A stretch of DNA of 31,275 nt, from positions 1 to 31,275 of the IMG/VR virus record IMGVR_UViG_3300030060_002742; one strand, written 5' to 3'. The DNA is from a virus. The notes under the pieces were generated by a model. That model was given only the letters and a program-made list of their open reading frames with translations. It was not told the DNA's origin and did no database searches. Each line of letters opens with the position of its first letter. The first letter of the stretch is position 1. This document shows, piece after piece, positions 10,401 to 17,451 of this stretch. The position numbers and the translations under genes are program-made.

Positions 10401-10622
10401 ATTGGTACAGAAGCTTATCAAGATAATGACAGCATTGAAGATCAATATAATGAATTAACAGCACCAATATCAGATCATAAAAGTCTTACAAAACAAGTAC
10501 TTACTAACAGAAAATTTTATGGAATAAATATTAACGAAATTGGGTCAGAAAGGTTGTTTAAGATATTTGATACGAAAGAAGAAGACAAAGCATTAGAAAT
10601 GTTGAAAAAAAGCGTACGATAG
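7425..10622 (+). CDS. Large internal virion/ejection protein (1065 aa; positional analogue of T7 gp16)
   Basis: Largest non-fibre ORF, overlapping the previous gene by 11 nt and lying immediately before the tail fibre. I could not recognise a transglycosylase motif. Confidence 0.5.
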   Translation: MVRKLIQEGLRKGTDAFADTLGNVGKEAKAKIYGPDAPEEDIIVSKKTGTITVKELGNSEIDAIDKAIKGAGFKGNVNYGLDFKKLGTLLKDRFDDGTVDDPFYSDFAAQEVFGLMQHIKENNAELFKYFRREKKSLIELAESVKGTPLETTIATFVGRVPGKDPLPLPEDTLAGLIASYRITDELLAIQKEQLKTQDLESKKLLSQRFALLGQIQVSLSASVSGNVSEYARGMSVVRGFATMSDFNINTYTENLNRIIKDLPVNAFEWDQMSPAEHNLMALQYSQLHPAGKKFFTKNLYNWIPKAGAKTYDTIMEIYVNSVLAALPTHMANVTGGAVFQAMLIAEKGMAARIGQVRQGIGRAVGMNMNNADRVLVGEAMAEIHGVQMSLMNAFKVLGNSFITGERSDFQSKIDLRDLQAIGNEESIPAILKNLGRKDLFLNVIDIVGIMTRMPGRFLASEDEFFKVLSRERVKYREAFRRASLVQQEILKANSSGIYLGNREQVQELANNKFSEVYEDILLNTSQNKHEDVYQMMKDEALESTFQNPLEGIQASFAKIANIPALKPFFFLFVKTPVNLFNQSANRAFPFSPVYKAITKGPGAVSGKEYDEALAKLATGWGIFVTMQSIMHSGIADNIVRFVSGAGYEEDYKLKGTLGPNFKGKLRQADTGKQPYAIEMKNADGNWESISLQRLDPISGTIAMMIDTALMLQNMPDDEGMLSAVTDASLATIFALAEFSSSQTYLQGMSDIMREFQNPTGEQGKAFERLGRFFGGKLVDIGTNVTGSAMGRMSFGLGNAANEYLGYPVIGATSFTGMMERMKDPRGSNTELTEMQMGNYNNYNDMPSFMVGAFKALNRAKARDPVFSASVEPSLDYWGNNLMQGEGREFTIDTPFGKEVVVRPRMVVGLGKKQIIKPSIIEDELHRITMAGGPVLEPRHRKYIEIGGEYINLTAEEQTAYNRTFNSIDENGRLPGMVGYNPELTVQKKMERIIGTEAYQDNDSIEDQYNELTAPISDHKSLTKQVLTNRKFYGININEIGSERLFKIFDTKEEDKALEMLKKSVR

Positions 10623-10656
10623 TGTATGTTCACAAACTAGAAGTGGGGATTAATTT

Positions 10657-13600
10657 ATGACCGATATAGTAGATGTAGCTCGACGGGTACAGTATACAGG
10701 CAATGGCTCTGCCGGACCGTTCAGTTTTAGCTTCCAGGTCAATGCGACAACGGAGATAAAAGTTTTTGTTGGAACAACTCAAAAAACAATCACAACGCAT
10801 TACACTGTTAGCCTTACATCTTCAGGTGCAGGTTCAGTATCGTTTACATCTGGAAACTTTCCAACAAGTTCAGAAACGATTACGATTGTTTCAAGTGTTT
10901 CCCTAGCAAGATCCTCAGTCTACACTACAGGTGGCCCCTTGACAGCAAGTGCGCTTGAAGCAGACTTTGACACGAACATAATGATCCTTCAGCAATCTTC
11001 CCAAAAGGTTGATCGAGCGTTGGCTGCTCCAGAGTTCGATGCCACAACCATTGACATGACCCTGCCTGAAAAAGACAGCCGAAAGGGTAAGATACTTGGT
11101 TTCAATGCAACGTCAGGTAATCCTGAGGTCGTAGGAGAAAATGCAACAGTTACAACGATATTTAATGCTATTGGTGATAATACACTTACTTTAACAGGCG
11201 TTATTACTGGTGGTTCCTTAGTTGCAGATAACATTACTATTGATGGAACAGAGATAGATTTAAGTAGTGGAGATTTAACCATTGATGTTGCTGGAGATAT
11301 ATATCTTGATGCTGATGGTGGAGATATTTTTCTTAGAGATGCTGGAGCAACTTATGGATCACTAACCAACAATAGTGGTAATTTAATAATTAAATCTGGC
11401 ACAACAACATCTGCCACGTTTACTGGAGCTAATGTAGCTTTTGCTGGCAATGTAACTGTTGATGGTAATCTTGATGTAACTGGATCATTTGATATGTCAG
11501 ATGCTAATATAACAAACATAGGTAGCATTGCATTAGATACAATTACAAGTGATGGCAACACTATTACTCTGGATGCAACTACAGACATTGTTTTAGATGC
11601 TGGTGGTGCAGACGTTACTTTAAAAGATGATGGTTCAACTTTTGGTTCTTTAACTAATAACTCTGGTGAATTGCAAATTAAATCAGGTTCTACCCCAACA
11701 GCAGCCATAGAGTTTTCTGGTGCAAATACTACTTTAAAAGGAAACCTTACTGTTGATGGTAACTTATCAATGGGAACAGATAGTATTACAAATGTAACTA
11801 CGATTGCAGCTAATTCTTATTTAAATAATTCTGGTGATTTAACATTAGATAGTTCTTCAAATATTGTTTTGGATGCAGATGGTTCTCATATATTCCTTAA
11901 AAACAATGGCACAGAGTTTGGTGCTTTAGTTGATAGCAGTGGGCAATTACACATAAGGTCAGGATCAGATGGAACAAGTAGTTCTAATACAGCTATTGAA
12001 CTAAGTAATGGAAACGTAACTTTTTCCAACACGGTAACTATTTCATCTACTAATCATTTGCGTTTTGGTGATAGTGGGACTTACATTCATCAATCAGCAG
12101 ACGGTGTTCTTGATCTTGTTTCAGACAATGAAATAGAAATAAATGCCACAACGATAGATATGAATGGTGCTGTTGACATTAGCGGAAATCTTTCTATTGG
12201 GGGTAATCTTGATGTGACAGGCTCATTTGATATGAGTGATGCCAACATTACAAACATAGGATCTATTGCTCTTGATACGATTACAAATGATGGGAGTGAT
12301 ATTACACTTGATAGCTCTGGCACAATTATTCTTGATGCTGATAATTCTGGTCAAATTGAATTTAAAGACAATGGTGTTTCCTACGGTTCTGTAAATTCGA
12401 GTGGTGGTACAGGAATGAACTTGCTTGTCAGTCAAGCAGATGAAAACTTTGAAATTTATGGAACCGATGGTTCAACTGTTATCAAAGCTTTAGAAATATC
12501 TATGGCTAACGATGGTGCTGCACTCTTTAAATCTAGTGTTACGGCAACGTCTTTCGTTGGTGCGCTGACAGGAAATGTCTCTGGAAACGTGTCAGGAAAT
12601 GCTGAAACAGTGACGATCACTGCAAATAATTCTGCTAATGAAACCGTATATCCTGTATTTGTAGATGGTGCTACTGGTACTCAAGGATTAGAAAGCGATA
12701 CTGGTCTTTCATATAATCCAAGTACAGGTCTTTTAAGCACAGACAGTTTAATTACTGGAGCGAGTACGTTCACTGGAAATGTCTCTCACAATGACAATGT
12801 GAAAGCTATTTTTGGAACAGCTGGAGATTTAGAAATATATCATGATTCAGCAGGTTCTTACATAGATGACACTGGCACTGGTAGATTATTTTTGAGGGGT
12901 TCTGATAGAGTTCAAATACAAAAATATAATAGCGACAGTGGTTTAGTAGAAGATGGGATTACATTTTTAGAAGATGGGGCAGTTAAAATTTACCACGACA
13001 ACGCTAAGAAACTAGAAACAACATCTAGTGGTGTTACTGTTACTGGCTCTGTTACTGTTGATAATATCGTCGCAAGTAGTGATCTTACAATTGATGCAGG
13101 TGGGGGTGATATTTTATTAAAAGATGATGGCGCACTTGTTGGAACACTTGGTGGATTTGCATCAAATAATGTAGTTATAAAATCAGAAGTATCCGATGGT
13201 GATGTTATTATTCAAGGAAATGATGGTGGTTCAGGAATTACTGCCCTTACACTTGATATGTCACAAGCAGGGGAAGCTGATTTTAATAGCGCAATAAAAG
13301 TTGGGGGTGGTATTGTTGCTCACCAAACTAATAGAGGTGTTTTAGAATACAGTAGTAACAATTTTATGATGAGAGCCTATGGTGCTAGTTCTGGAGATGG
13401 TTTTATTACTTTCAAAACTGGTGGTGGTGGAGGCTCTACAGATACAGAAGCACTACGTCTTGACAGCTCTCAAAATGCCACGTTTGCTGGCAGCGTCACC
13501 GCTAACAATATCGTTGCAAGTGGAGCTGCTTCGTCTTTCAACTCTGGTGGCACAAACGTAGTAGCGTCCTTTACATCTACAGATGCCACAAGCGCAATTC

Positions 13601-14196
13601 AGCTTGTTGATAATACAGGCAATGTTGAGTTAAGTGCATTAGGAAACACGTTTCAAGTGCAACCTGGAGGGGGTTCAGCAGCACTTATTGTTAAGGCAGA
13701 TGCTGTTTTAGTGGGCATGACCTCTGATAATTACTTGGCTGCTGACGATGGTATTCAGTTAGTTCCAACTGGAAGTATTAGGATTGGAAGCAGTGGAACT
13801 TCAGCTAAAAACGTAATGTCTTTTGTGAACAACACAGGTGGGACACCTGCAGAAGTTGGTGTTATCCAAACTAGCGGTTCATCAACAACCTATGCTACGT
13901 CGTCAGATTACAGGCTTAAAGAAAACGTAGTAACAGATTGGGATGCTACATCAAGACTTAAAGAACTCAAGCCAAGTAGATTTAATTTTAAGATAGACAA
14001 AGATAAAACAGTAGATGGGTTCTTAGCACATGAGGTTTCAAGTATTGTGCCAGAGGCTGTTACAGGAACAAAAGATGAAGTAGATGAAGATGGTAATGCA
14101 GTTATGCAAGGCATAGACCAAAGCAAACTAGTGCCATTACTAGTGAAGACAATACAGGAACTTGAAGCAAGAATAGCTAAATTAGAAGGAGGTTAG
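10657..14196 (+). CDS. Tail fibre/spike with repeat-built shaft and C-terminal peptidase-S74 intramolecular chaperone (1179 aa)
   Basis: The N-terminus (RVQYTGNGSAGPFSFSF...ALEADFD.N...LQQ) resembles podovirus fibre virion-attachment domains. At least five repeats of about 70 aa carry the pattern D..LDA.GG.I.LKD.G..FG.L.N.SG.L.IKSG. The C-terminus SSDYRLKENV...FLAHEV...QELEARIAKLE is the classic S74 autoproteolytic chaperone signature. Confidence 0.85.
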   Translation: MTDIVDVARRVQYTGNGSAGPFSFSFQVNATTEIKVFVGTTQKTITTHYTVSLTSSGAGSVSFTSGNFPTSSETITIVSSVSLARSSVYTTGGPLTASALEADFDTNIMILQQSSQKVDRALAAPEFDATTIDMTLPEKDSRKGKILGFNATSGNPEVVGENATVTTIFNAIGDNTLTLTGVITGGSLVADNITIDGTEIDLSSGDLTIDVAGDIYLDADGGDIFLRDAGATYGSLTNNSGNLIIKSGTTTSATFTGANVAFAGNVTVDGNLDVTGSFDMSDANITNIGSIALDTITSDGNTITLDATTDIVLDAGGADVTLKDDGSTFGSLTNNSGELQIKSGSTPTAAIEFSGANTTLKGNLTVDGNLSMGTDSITNVTTIAANSYLNNSGDLTLDSSSNIVLDADGSHIFLKNNGTEFGALVDSSGQLHIRSGSDGTSSSNTAIELSNGNVTFSNTVTISSTNHLRFGDSGTYIHQSADGVLDLVSDNEIEINATTIDMNGAVDISGNLSIGGNLDVTGSFDMSDANITNIGSIALDTITNDGSDITLDSSGTIILDADNSGQIEFKDNGVSYGSVNSSGGTGMNLLVSQADENFEIYGTDGSTVIKALEISMANDGAALFKSSVTATSFVGALTGNVSGNVSGNAETVTITANNSANETVYPVFVDGATGTQGLESDTGLSYNPSTGLLSTDSLITGASTFTGNVSHNDNVKAIFGTAGDLEIYHDSAGSYIDDTGTGRLFLRGSDRVQIQKYNSDSGLVEDGITFLEDGAVKIYHDNAKKLETTSSGVTVTGSVTVDNIVASSDLTIDAGGGDILLKDDGALVGTLGGFASNNVVIKSEVSDGDVIIQGNDGGSGITALTLDMSQAGEADFNSAIKVGGGIVAHQTNRGVLEYSSNNFMMRAYGASSGDGFITFKTGGGGGSTDTEALRLDSSQNATFAGSVTANNIVASGAASSFNSGGTNVVASFTSTDATSAIQLVDNTGNVELSALGNTFQVQPGGGSAALIVKADAVLVGMTSDNYLAADDGIQLVPTGSIRIGSSGTSAKNVMSFVNNTGGTPAEVGVIQTSGSSTTYATSSDYRLKENVVTDWDATSRLKELKPSRFNFKIDKDKTVDGFLAHEVSSIVPEAVTGTKDEVDEDGNAVMQGIDQSKLVPLLVKTIQELEARIAKLEGG

Positions 14197-14197
14197 C

Positions 14198-14509
14198 ATG
14201 GCAGCGACTTGGAAAATTGTAGATACTGAATATAATTTGACATCAGATCATGGAAAAAATTTAATTACCACTCTTCATTGGCAATGCACCGATGTAGATG
14301 GAGATCATGGTGGTAGAGTTTATGGCTCAATAAGAATACCTGAACCATCAGGTACGTTCATTCAATATGAAAAGGTTACGGAGGCAAACTGCATTGCATG
14401 GTGTAAATCTGTGATCGGAGATGAAAAAGTAAAGGCTTATGAAGATAGTGTAGCTAATCAGATTGCATTAAGCAAAGCACCCACGCAGGGATCAGGAAAA
14501 CCGTGGTAA
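14198..14509 (+). CDS. Conserved-looking hypothetical protein downstream of the fibre (103 aa)
   Basis: GGAGG RBS within the end of the fibre gene, with the ATG 1 nt after the fibre stop. No function recognisable. Confidence 0.6.
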   Translation: MAATWKIVDTEYNLTSDHGKNLITTLHWQCTDVDGDHGGRVYGSIRIPEPSGTFIQYEKVTEANCIAWCKSVIGDEKVKAYEDSVANQIALSKAPTQGSGKPW

Positions 14510-14524
14510 TAAAGGAGAACTAAT

Positions 14525-14578
14525 ATGCCAATGGGAAAAGGCTACGGCACAAAGAAAAAAGGTGGTAAAAAGAAGTGA
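14525..14578 (+). CDS. 17-aa lysine-rich mini-ORF MPMGKGYGTKKKGGKKK
   Basis: Strong AAGGAG RBS with a 7-nt spacer. Its stop overlaps the GTG of the next ORF (GTGA). It is below the ORF-track length cut-off. Confidence 0.35.
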   Translation: MPMGKGYGTKKKGGKKK

Positions 14579-14736
14579 ACCTTCGAGACGTTTTTAAGGA
14601 TTTAGAAGTTCATAAGGCTGTCAGTGAAGAACGCTGGACAGAAATTCTTAGTCGTGTAAAACGTCTAGAGATGGTACTTGTGGGGGCATCTGGAACAACG
14701 ATCGTTTTGCTTATAAGTCTGGTTGTCAAAACGTAA
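14575..14736 (+). CDS. 53-aa tail-anchored membrane protein (GTG start)
   Basis: MNLRDVFKDLEVHKAVSEERWTEILSRVKRLEMVLVGASGTTIVLLISLVVKT has a C-terminal TM segment. It fills an otherwise empty gap, and its stop overlaps the next ATG (TAATG). Confidence 0.45.
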   Translation: MNLRDVFKDLEVHKAVSEERWTEILSRVKRLEMVLVGASGTTIVLLISLVVKT

Positions 14737-15227
14737 TGTTTGCTGAAGTTCTTACAGGGCTATCGCTTGTCAAGGCAAGTGTGTCCTACATTAAAGACAC
14801 CATTAGCACCGCCAAAGATATGACTGAGATTGTTGATGCTGTCGATCAACTGCTTGATGGCGAACAACAAATTAATAAAGATAGATCTAAAAAAGATGGT
14901 ATAAGTTTCAAGGATCAGCTTGGTATTAAAGGAGTGGCTCACGAAGTCATTGATGCAAAGCTTGCTGCGGAAATGCGATATGAAATGTCCGTGTTGATAG
15001 ACCAAAGGTTTGGGCATGGAACTTTTCAAGAGATTGTAAATCTTAGAGCAAAGCGCATACAGGAAGCAAAAGAAGAAGCAAAAAAAATAGCTAAAATTAA
15101 GAAACAAAAGAAAGACGAGTTGCTTGAAATAATTGCTGTAGTTCTTGCGATTTTGATTGTTGGTGGATTACTTTTGACCGTTTTTGCGACCTGGCTCAAA
15201 GCAGAACCAGAGGTGTCTAAAATCTAG
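14736..15227 (+). CDS. Tail-anchored membrane protein with Lys/Glu-rich coiled region (163 aa)
   Basis: The single hydrophobic segment LLEIIAVVLAILIVGGLLLTVFATW lies near the C-terminus. It sits in the lysis region, but its function is unknown. Confidence 0.55.
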   Translation: MFAEVLTGLSLVKASVSYIKDTISTAKDMTEIVDAVDQLLDGEQQINKDRSKKDGISFKDQLGIKGVAHEVIDAKLAAEMRYEMSVLIDQRFGHGTFQEIVNLRAKRIQEAKEEAKKIAKIKKQKKDELLEIIAVVLAILIVGGLLLTVFATWLKAEPEVSKI

Positions 15228-15329
15228 ACGTAACTTTCATAATATGTTACGGTTGACTTTGATAATTTTACTCGTGGTTGTTTGCTTTTACGAGGCAATG
15301 CACACGGAACCTTGGTGGTTGCACATAAA

Positions 15330-15674
15330 ATGAAAAAGACATTAGAAAAAGATAGTGCATGGTCAAAAGCGGATACTAATGGAGATAATGTAGTTTCGGA
15401 TGCCGAACTAGATGCAGCTTTGGCAAGAGAAGAAAAACGTATCCGTATGGATAACAACGATAAGAAAGAAGATCAGATAAGATTACTGATTTGGTTTCAA
15501 TCTATTTGCACGGTAGCGTTTGTGATTGTCCTGGTTATTCCAGAAGTCATTCCTGAAAGCAGACTTAACCACTTGGCAGGGATTTCCAGCACATTTATCA
15601 TTAGTAACTTAGGTATTATTGGTAGCTATATCGGTGCTTCAGCGTGGACGAAAGCTAAAGAAAATGGCAAGTGA
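15330..15674 (+). CDS. Two-TM membrane protein with N-terminal canonical EF-hand Ca-binding loop (114 aa)
   Basis: I chose the internal ATG at 15330 (MKKTLEKD...). DTNGDNVVSDAEL (15372-15410) satisfies every position of the PROSITE EF-hand loop pattern. Two hydrophobic helices follow. Confidence 0.55.
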   Translation: MKKTLEKDSAWSKADTNGDNVVSDAELDAALAREEKRIRMDNNDKKEDQIRLLIWFQSICTVAFVIVLVIPEVIPESRLNHLAGISSTFIISNLGIIGSYIGASAWTKAKENGK

Positions 15675-15927
15675 TCCAAGATTAAAAAAAGTTGGCGTAT
15701 CCGGATACAATAAACCAAAGCGTACCCCTAATCATCCTACAAAATCCCATGTGGTTGTTGCTAAGAAAGGCAATCAAATCAAGACCATACGATATGGTCA
15801 GCAAGGAGTTACAGGTGACAAAGGCGATACGGCACGATCTCGTAGTTTTAAAAAGCGTCATGCAAAAAACATAAAGAAAGGTCTTATGTCGGCTGCTTAT
15901 TGGGCGAACAGGACAAAATGGAGTTAA
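15664..15927 (+). CDS. Basic 87-aa protein (KPKRTPNHPTKSHVV...SAAYWANRTKW)
   Basis: The ATG at 15664 overlaps the previous stop by 11 nt. From memory the sequence resembles a widespread viral family of unknown function. This is not verifiable here. Confidence 0.55.
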   Translation: MASDPRLKKVGVSGYNKPKRTPNHPTKSHVVVAKKGNQIKTIRYGQQGVTGDKGDTARSRSFKKRHAKNIKKGLMSAAYWANRTKWS

Positions 15928-15931
15928 CGAT

Positions 15932-16351
15932 ATGAGTTTATTGAGTAGTTTAATTCAGCCTGTTTCTAAGTTGTTGGACAAAGCCATACCAGATACGGAC
16001 CTCAAAAGAAAGCTTAGTCATGAGATAGCTATGATGGCAGAGAAGTCTGCTGCCGAAGCTGTTAAAGGACAGTTACAAGCAAACATAGAACAAGCCAAGC
16101 ACCCTTCTCTTTTTGTTTCAGGCGCACGCCCAGCGATCATGTGGATTTGCGCTCTAGGACTATTAACTCAGTTTTTTTTAATGCCGATTGCTGAATGGAT
16201 AACTGCCTTATGGTATCCAACTGTGGAACTTCCAAACCTATCTACGTCAGAACTTACAGGTCTAACCCTTTCATTGTTAGGTTTATCAGGCATGAGATCA
16301 TGGGAAAAAAGCAAAGGTGTTGCCAGAGAAAATATGAAAGGAACAAAGTAA
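15932..16351 (+). CDS. Holin-like membrane protein (139 aa; resembles the 3-TM GTA-type holin family)
   Basis: Amphipathic N-terminus followed by GARPAIMWICALGLLTQFFLMPI and further hydrophobic segments. It lies 420 nt upstream of the endolysin gene. Confidence 0.55.
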   Translation: MSLLSSLIQPVSKLLDKAIPDTDLKRKLSHEIAMMAEKSAAEAVKGQLQANIEQAKHPSLFVSGARPAIMWICALGLLTQFFLMPIAEWITALWYPTVELPNLSTSELTGLTLSLLGLSGMRSWEKSKGVARENMKGTK

Positions 16352-16503
16352 TGGCTGAACTAACCAAAAGACAAAAGACAGCTCTTTCAAGACACGCCAA
16401 ACATCATACTGCAAAGCACATGACCTCTATGAAAAAAGACATGAGAGCAGGTAAAACTTTTACACAAGCACATAAAAACGCAATGAAGAAAGTGGGGAAA
16501 TAA
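16351..16503 (+). CDS. 50-aa basic mini-protein MAELTKRQKTALSRHAKHH...AHKNAMKKVGK
   Basis: TAATG overlap with the holin stop. 14 of 50 residues are K/R, with 5 His. Below the ORF-track cut-off when started at this ATG. Confidence 0.5.
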   Translation: MAELTKRQKTALSRHAKHHTAKHMTSMKKDMRAGKTFTQAHKNAMKKVGK

Positions 16504-16619
16504 TGCCATTTAAAAAGTATTCGCCAAAGCAAAAGAAACTCGCAAGGGTAGCAGCACCTAGAAATAAAATTACAGGGGCAGATTTTAAAAAGTTAAAAAA
16601 AATGAAAGGTAAAAAATAA
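16503..16619 (+). CDS. 38-aa basic mini-protein MPFKKYSPKQKKLARVAAPRNKITGADFKKLKKMKGKK
   Basis: TAATG overlap on both sides. 15 of 38 residues are K/R and one is acidic. Confidence 0.45.
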   Translation: MPFKKYSPKQKKLARVAAPRNKITGADFKKLKKMKGKK

Positions 16620-16771
16620 TGTCACTTTATAGAAATATACACGCAAAAAGAAAAAGAATAGCAGCAGGTAGTGGAGAGAAGATGCGTAAACCAGGGTCAA
16701 AGGGTGCGCCAACAGCAGCTAACTTTCGTAAAGCAGCAAAGACAGCAAAGAAACCTAAAAAGAAAGGTTAG
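16619..16771 (+). CDS. 50-aa basic mini-protein MSLYRNIHAKRKRIAAGSGEKMRKPGSKGAPT...KKPKKKG
   Basis: TAATG overlap with the previous ORF. It ends 2 nt before the endolysin ATG. 17 of 50 residues are K/R and one is acidic. Confidence 0.5.
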   Translation: MSLYRNIHAKRKRIAAGSGEKMRKPGSKGAPTAANFRKAAKTAKKPKKKG

Positions 16772-16773
16772 TT

Positions 16774-17226
16774 ATGACTTTTAAATTATCAGCCAACAGC
16801 ATGAGCAAAATGACAGGCATCAAGAATGAATTACATACGATAGTTTGTGAAGCCATACGCCTAACTAAAGTAGACTTTGGTGTTATCTGTGGTCTTAGAA
16901 CTCAAGAAGAACAGGATGCCCTTTTGGCAAAAGGTGCAACACAGACAAAAACGAGTAAGCACATGACAGGAGATGCCGTAGACCTCATGGCGTACGTTGG
17001 TTCGAGAGCAAGTTGGGAACTAAATTTGTATGATGATATTGCAGATGCCATGAAAAAAGCAGCTAAAAATAATAATGTAAAGATACGTTGGGGTGCAGCT
17101 TGGCACATAGATAACTTTGCAGAATATGAAGGTACTGCCGAGGATGCTATGAACGATTACATTGACCTAAGAAGAAGCCAAGGGCGTAGACCGTTCATAG
17201 ATGGTCCTCATTTTGAATTAAATTAA
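16774..17226 (+). CDS. Endolysin, peptidase M15 (VanY/L-Ala-D-Glu peptidase-like, 150 aa)
   Basis: Motifs GLRTQEEQDAL...KGA..T..SKHMTGDAVDL...IRWGAAW...DGPHFEL match the zinc-binding H/D/H architecture of M15 phage peptidases. Confidence 0.85.
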   Translation: MTFKLSANSMSKMTGIKNELHTIVCEAIRLTKVDFGVICGLRTQEEQDALLAKGATQTKTSKHMTGDAVDLMAYVGSRASWELNLYDDIADAMKKAAKNNNVKIRWGAAWHIDNFAEYEGTAEDAMNDYIDLRRSQGRRPFIDGPHFELN

Positions 17227-17451
17227 ATCTCTTATTATCTTGATAGCTCTTGGGTGAGCCTTCTTCGTCTCAATAAATCCTCGTTGAACGAGTTGATCTA
17301 TGAGTGAAGCCATTGAAGCCCTGCTTTTGTGACCTGTGTGTTGCATAATTTCCTCATAGGATGGCATATATTTATGTTTACGATAGTATTTTTTCATAAA
17401 CTTCAAGACTTGAACTTGACGAGGTGTAAGTGGGAAATCTTCCATAATCAT
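17218..17451 (-). CDS. LexA N-terminal DNA-binding-domain-only protein (77 aa; no S24 peptidase domain)
   Basis: LTPRQVQVLKFMKKYYRKHKYMPSYEEIMQHTGHKSRASMASLIDQLVQRGFIETKKAHPRAIKII aligns along its length with E. coli LexA [66 protein letters not shown] (recalled sequence). The ATG overlaps the RecT stop (ATGA). Confidence 0.75.
   Translation of the reverse strand: MIMEDFPLTPRQVQVLKFMKKYYRKHKYMPSYEEIMQHTGHKSRASMASLIDQLVQRGFIETKKAHPRAIKIIRDLI

Noticed and set aside
11464-12285. Possibility that the tail-fibre repeats are a diversity-generating retroelement TR/VR pair
   Set aside because: No reverse transcriptase gene exists in the genome. The two 84-nt copies differ only at synonymous sites and not specifically at adenines.
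4686-13561. Numerous 60-136-aa ORFs embedded in or antisense to the ejection-protein and tail-fibre genes (e.g. 4686-5012, 6964-7374, 8218-8424, 8651-8995, 10989-11282, 11352-11708, 12090-12435, 13379-13561)
   Set aside because: They are shadow ORFs inside long, continuous and tightly coupled structural genes. Their products are Ser/Leu/Cys-rich low-complexity sequences typical of wrong-frame translation.
15224-15457. 77-aa minus-strand ORF, the 115-aa minus ORF at 14760-15107, and plus-strand alternative frames at 15692-15874 and 16195-16350
   Set aside because: They are antisense to or out of frame with better-supported membrane-protein, holin and basic-protein genes. Their composition is typical of shadow frames.
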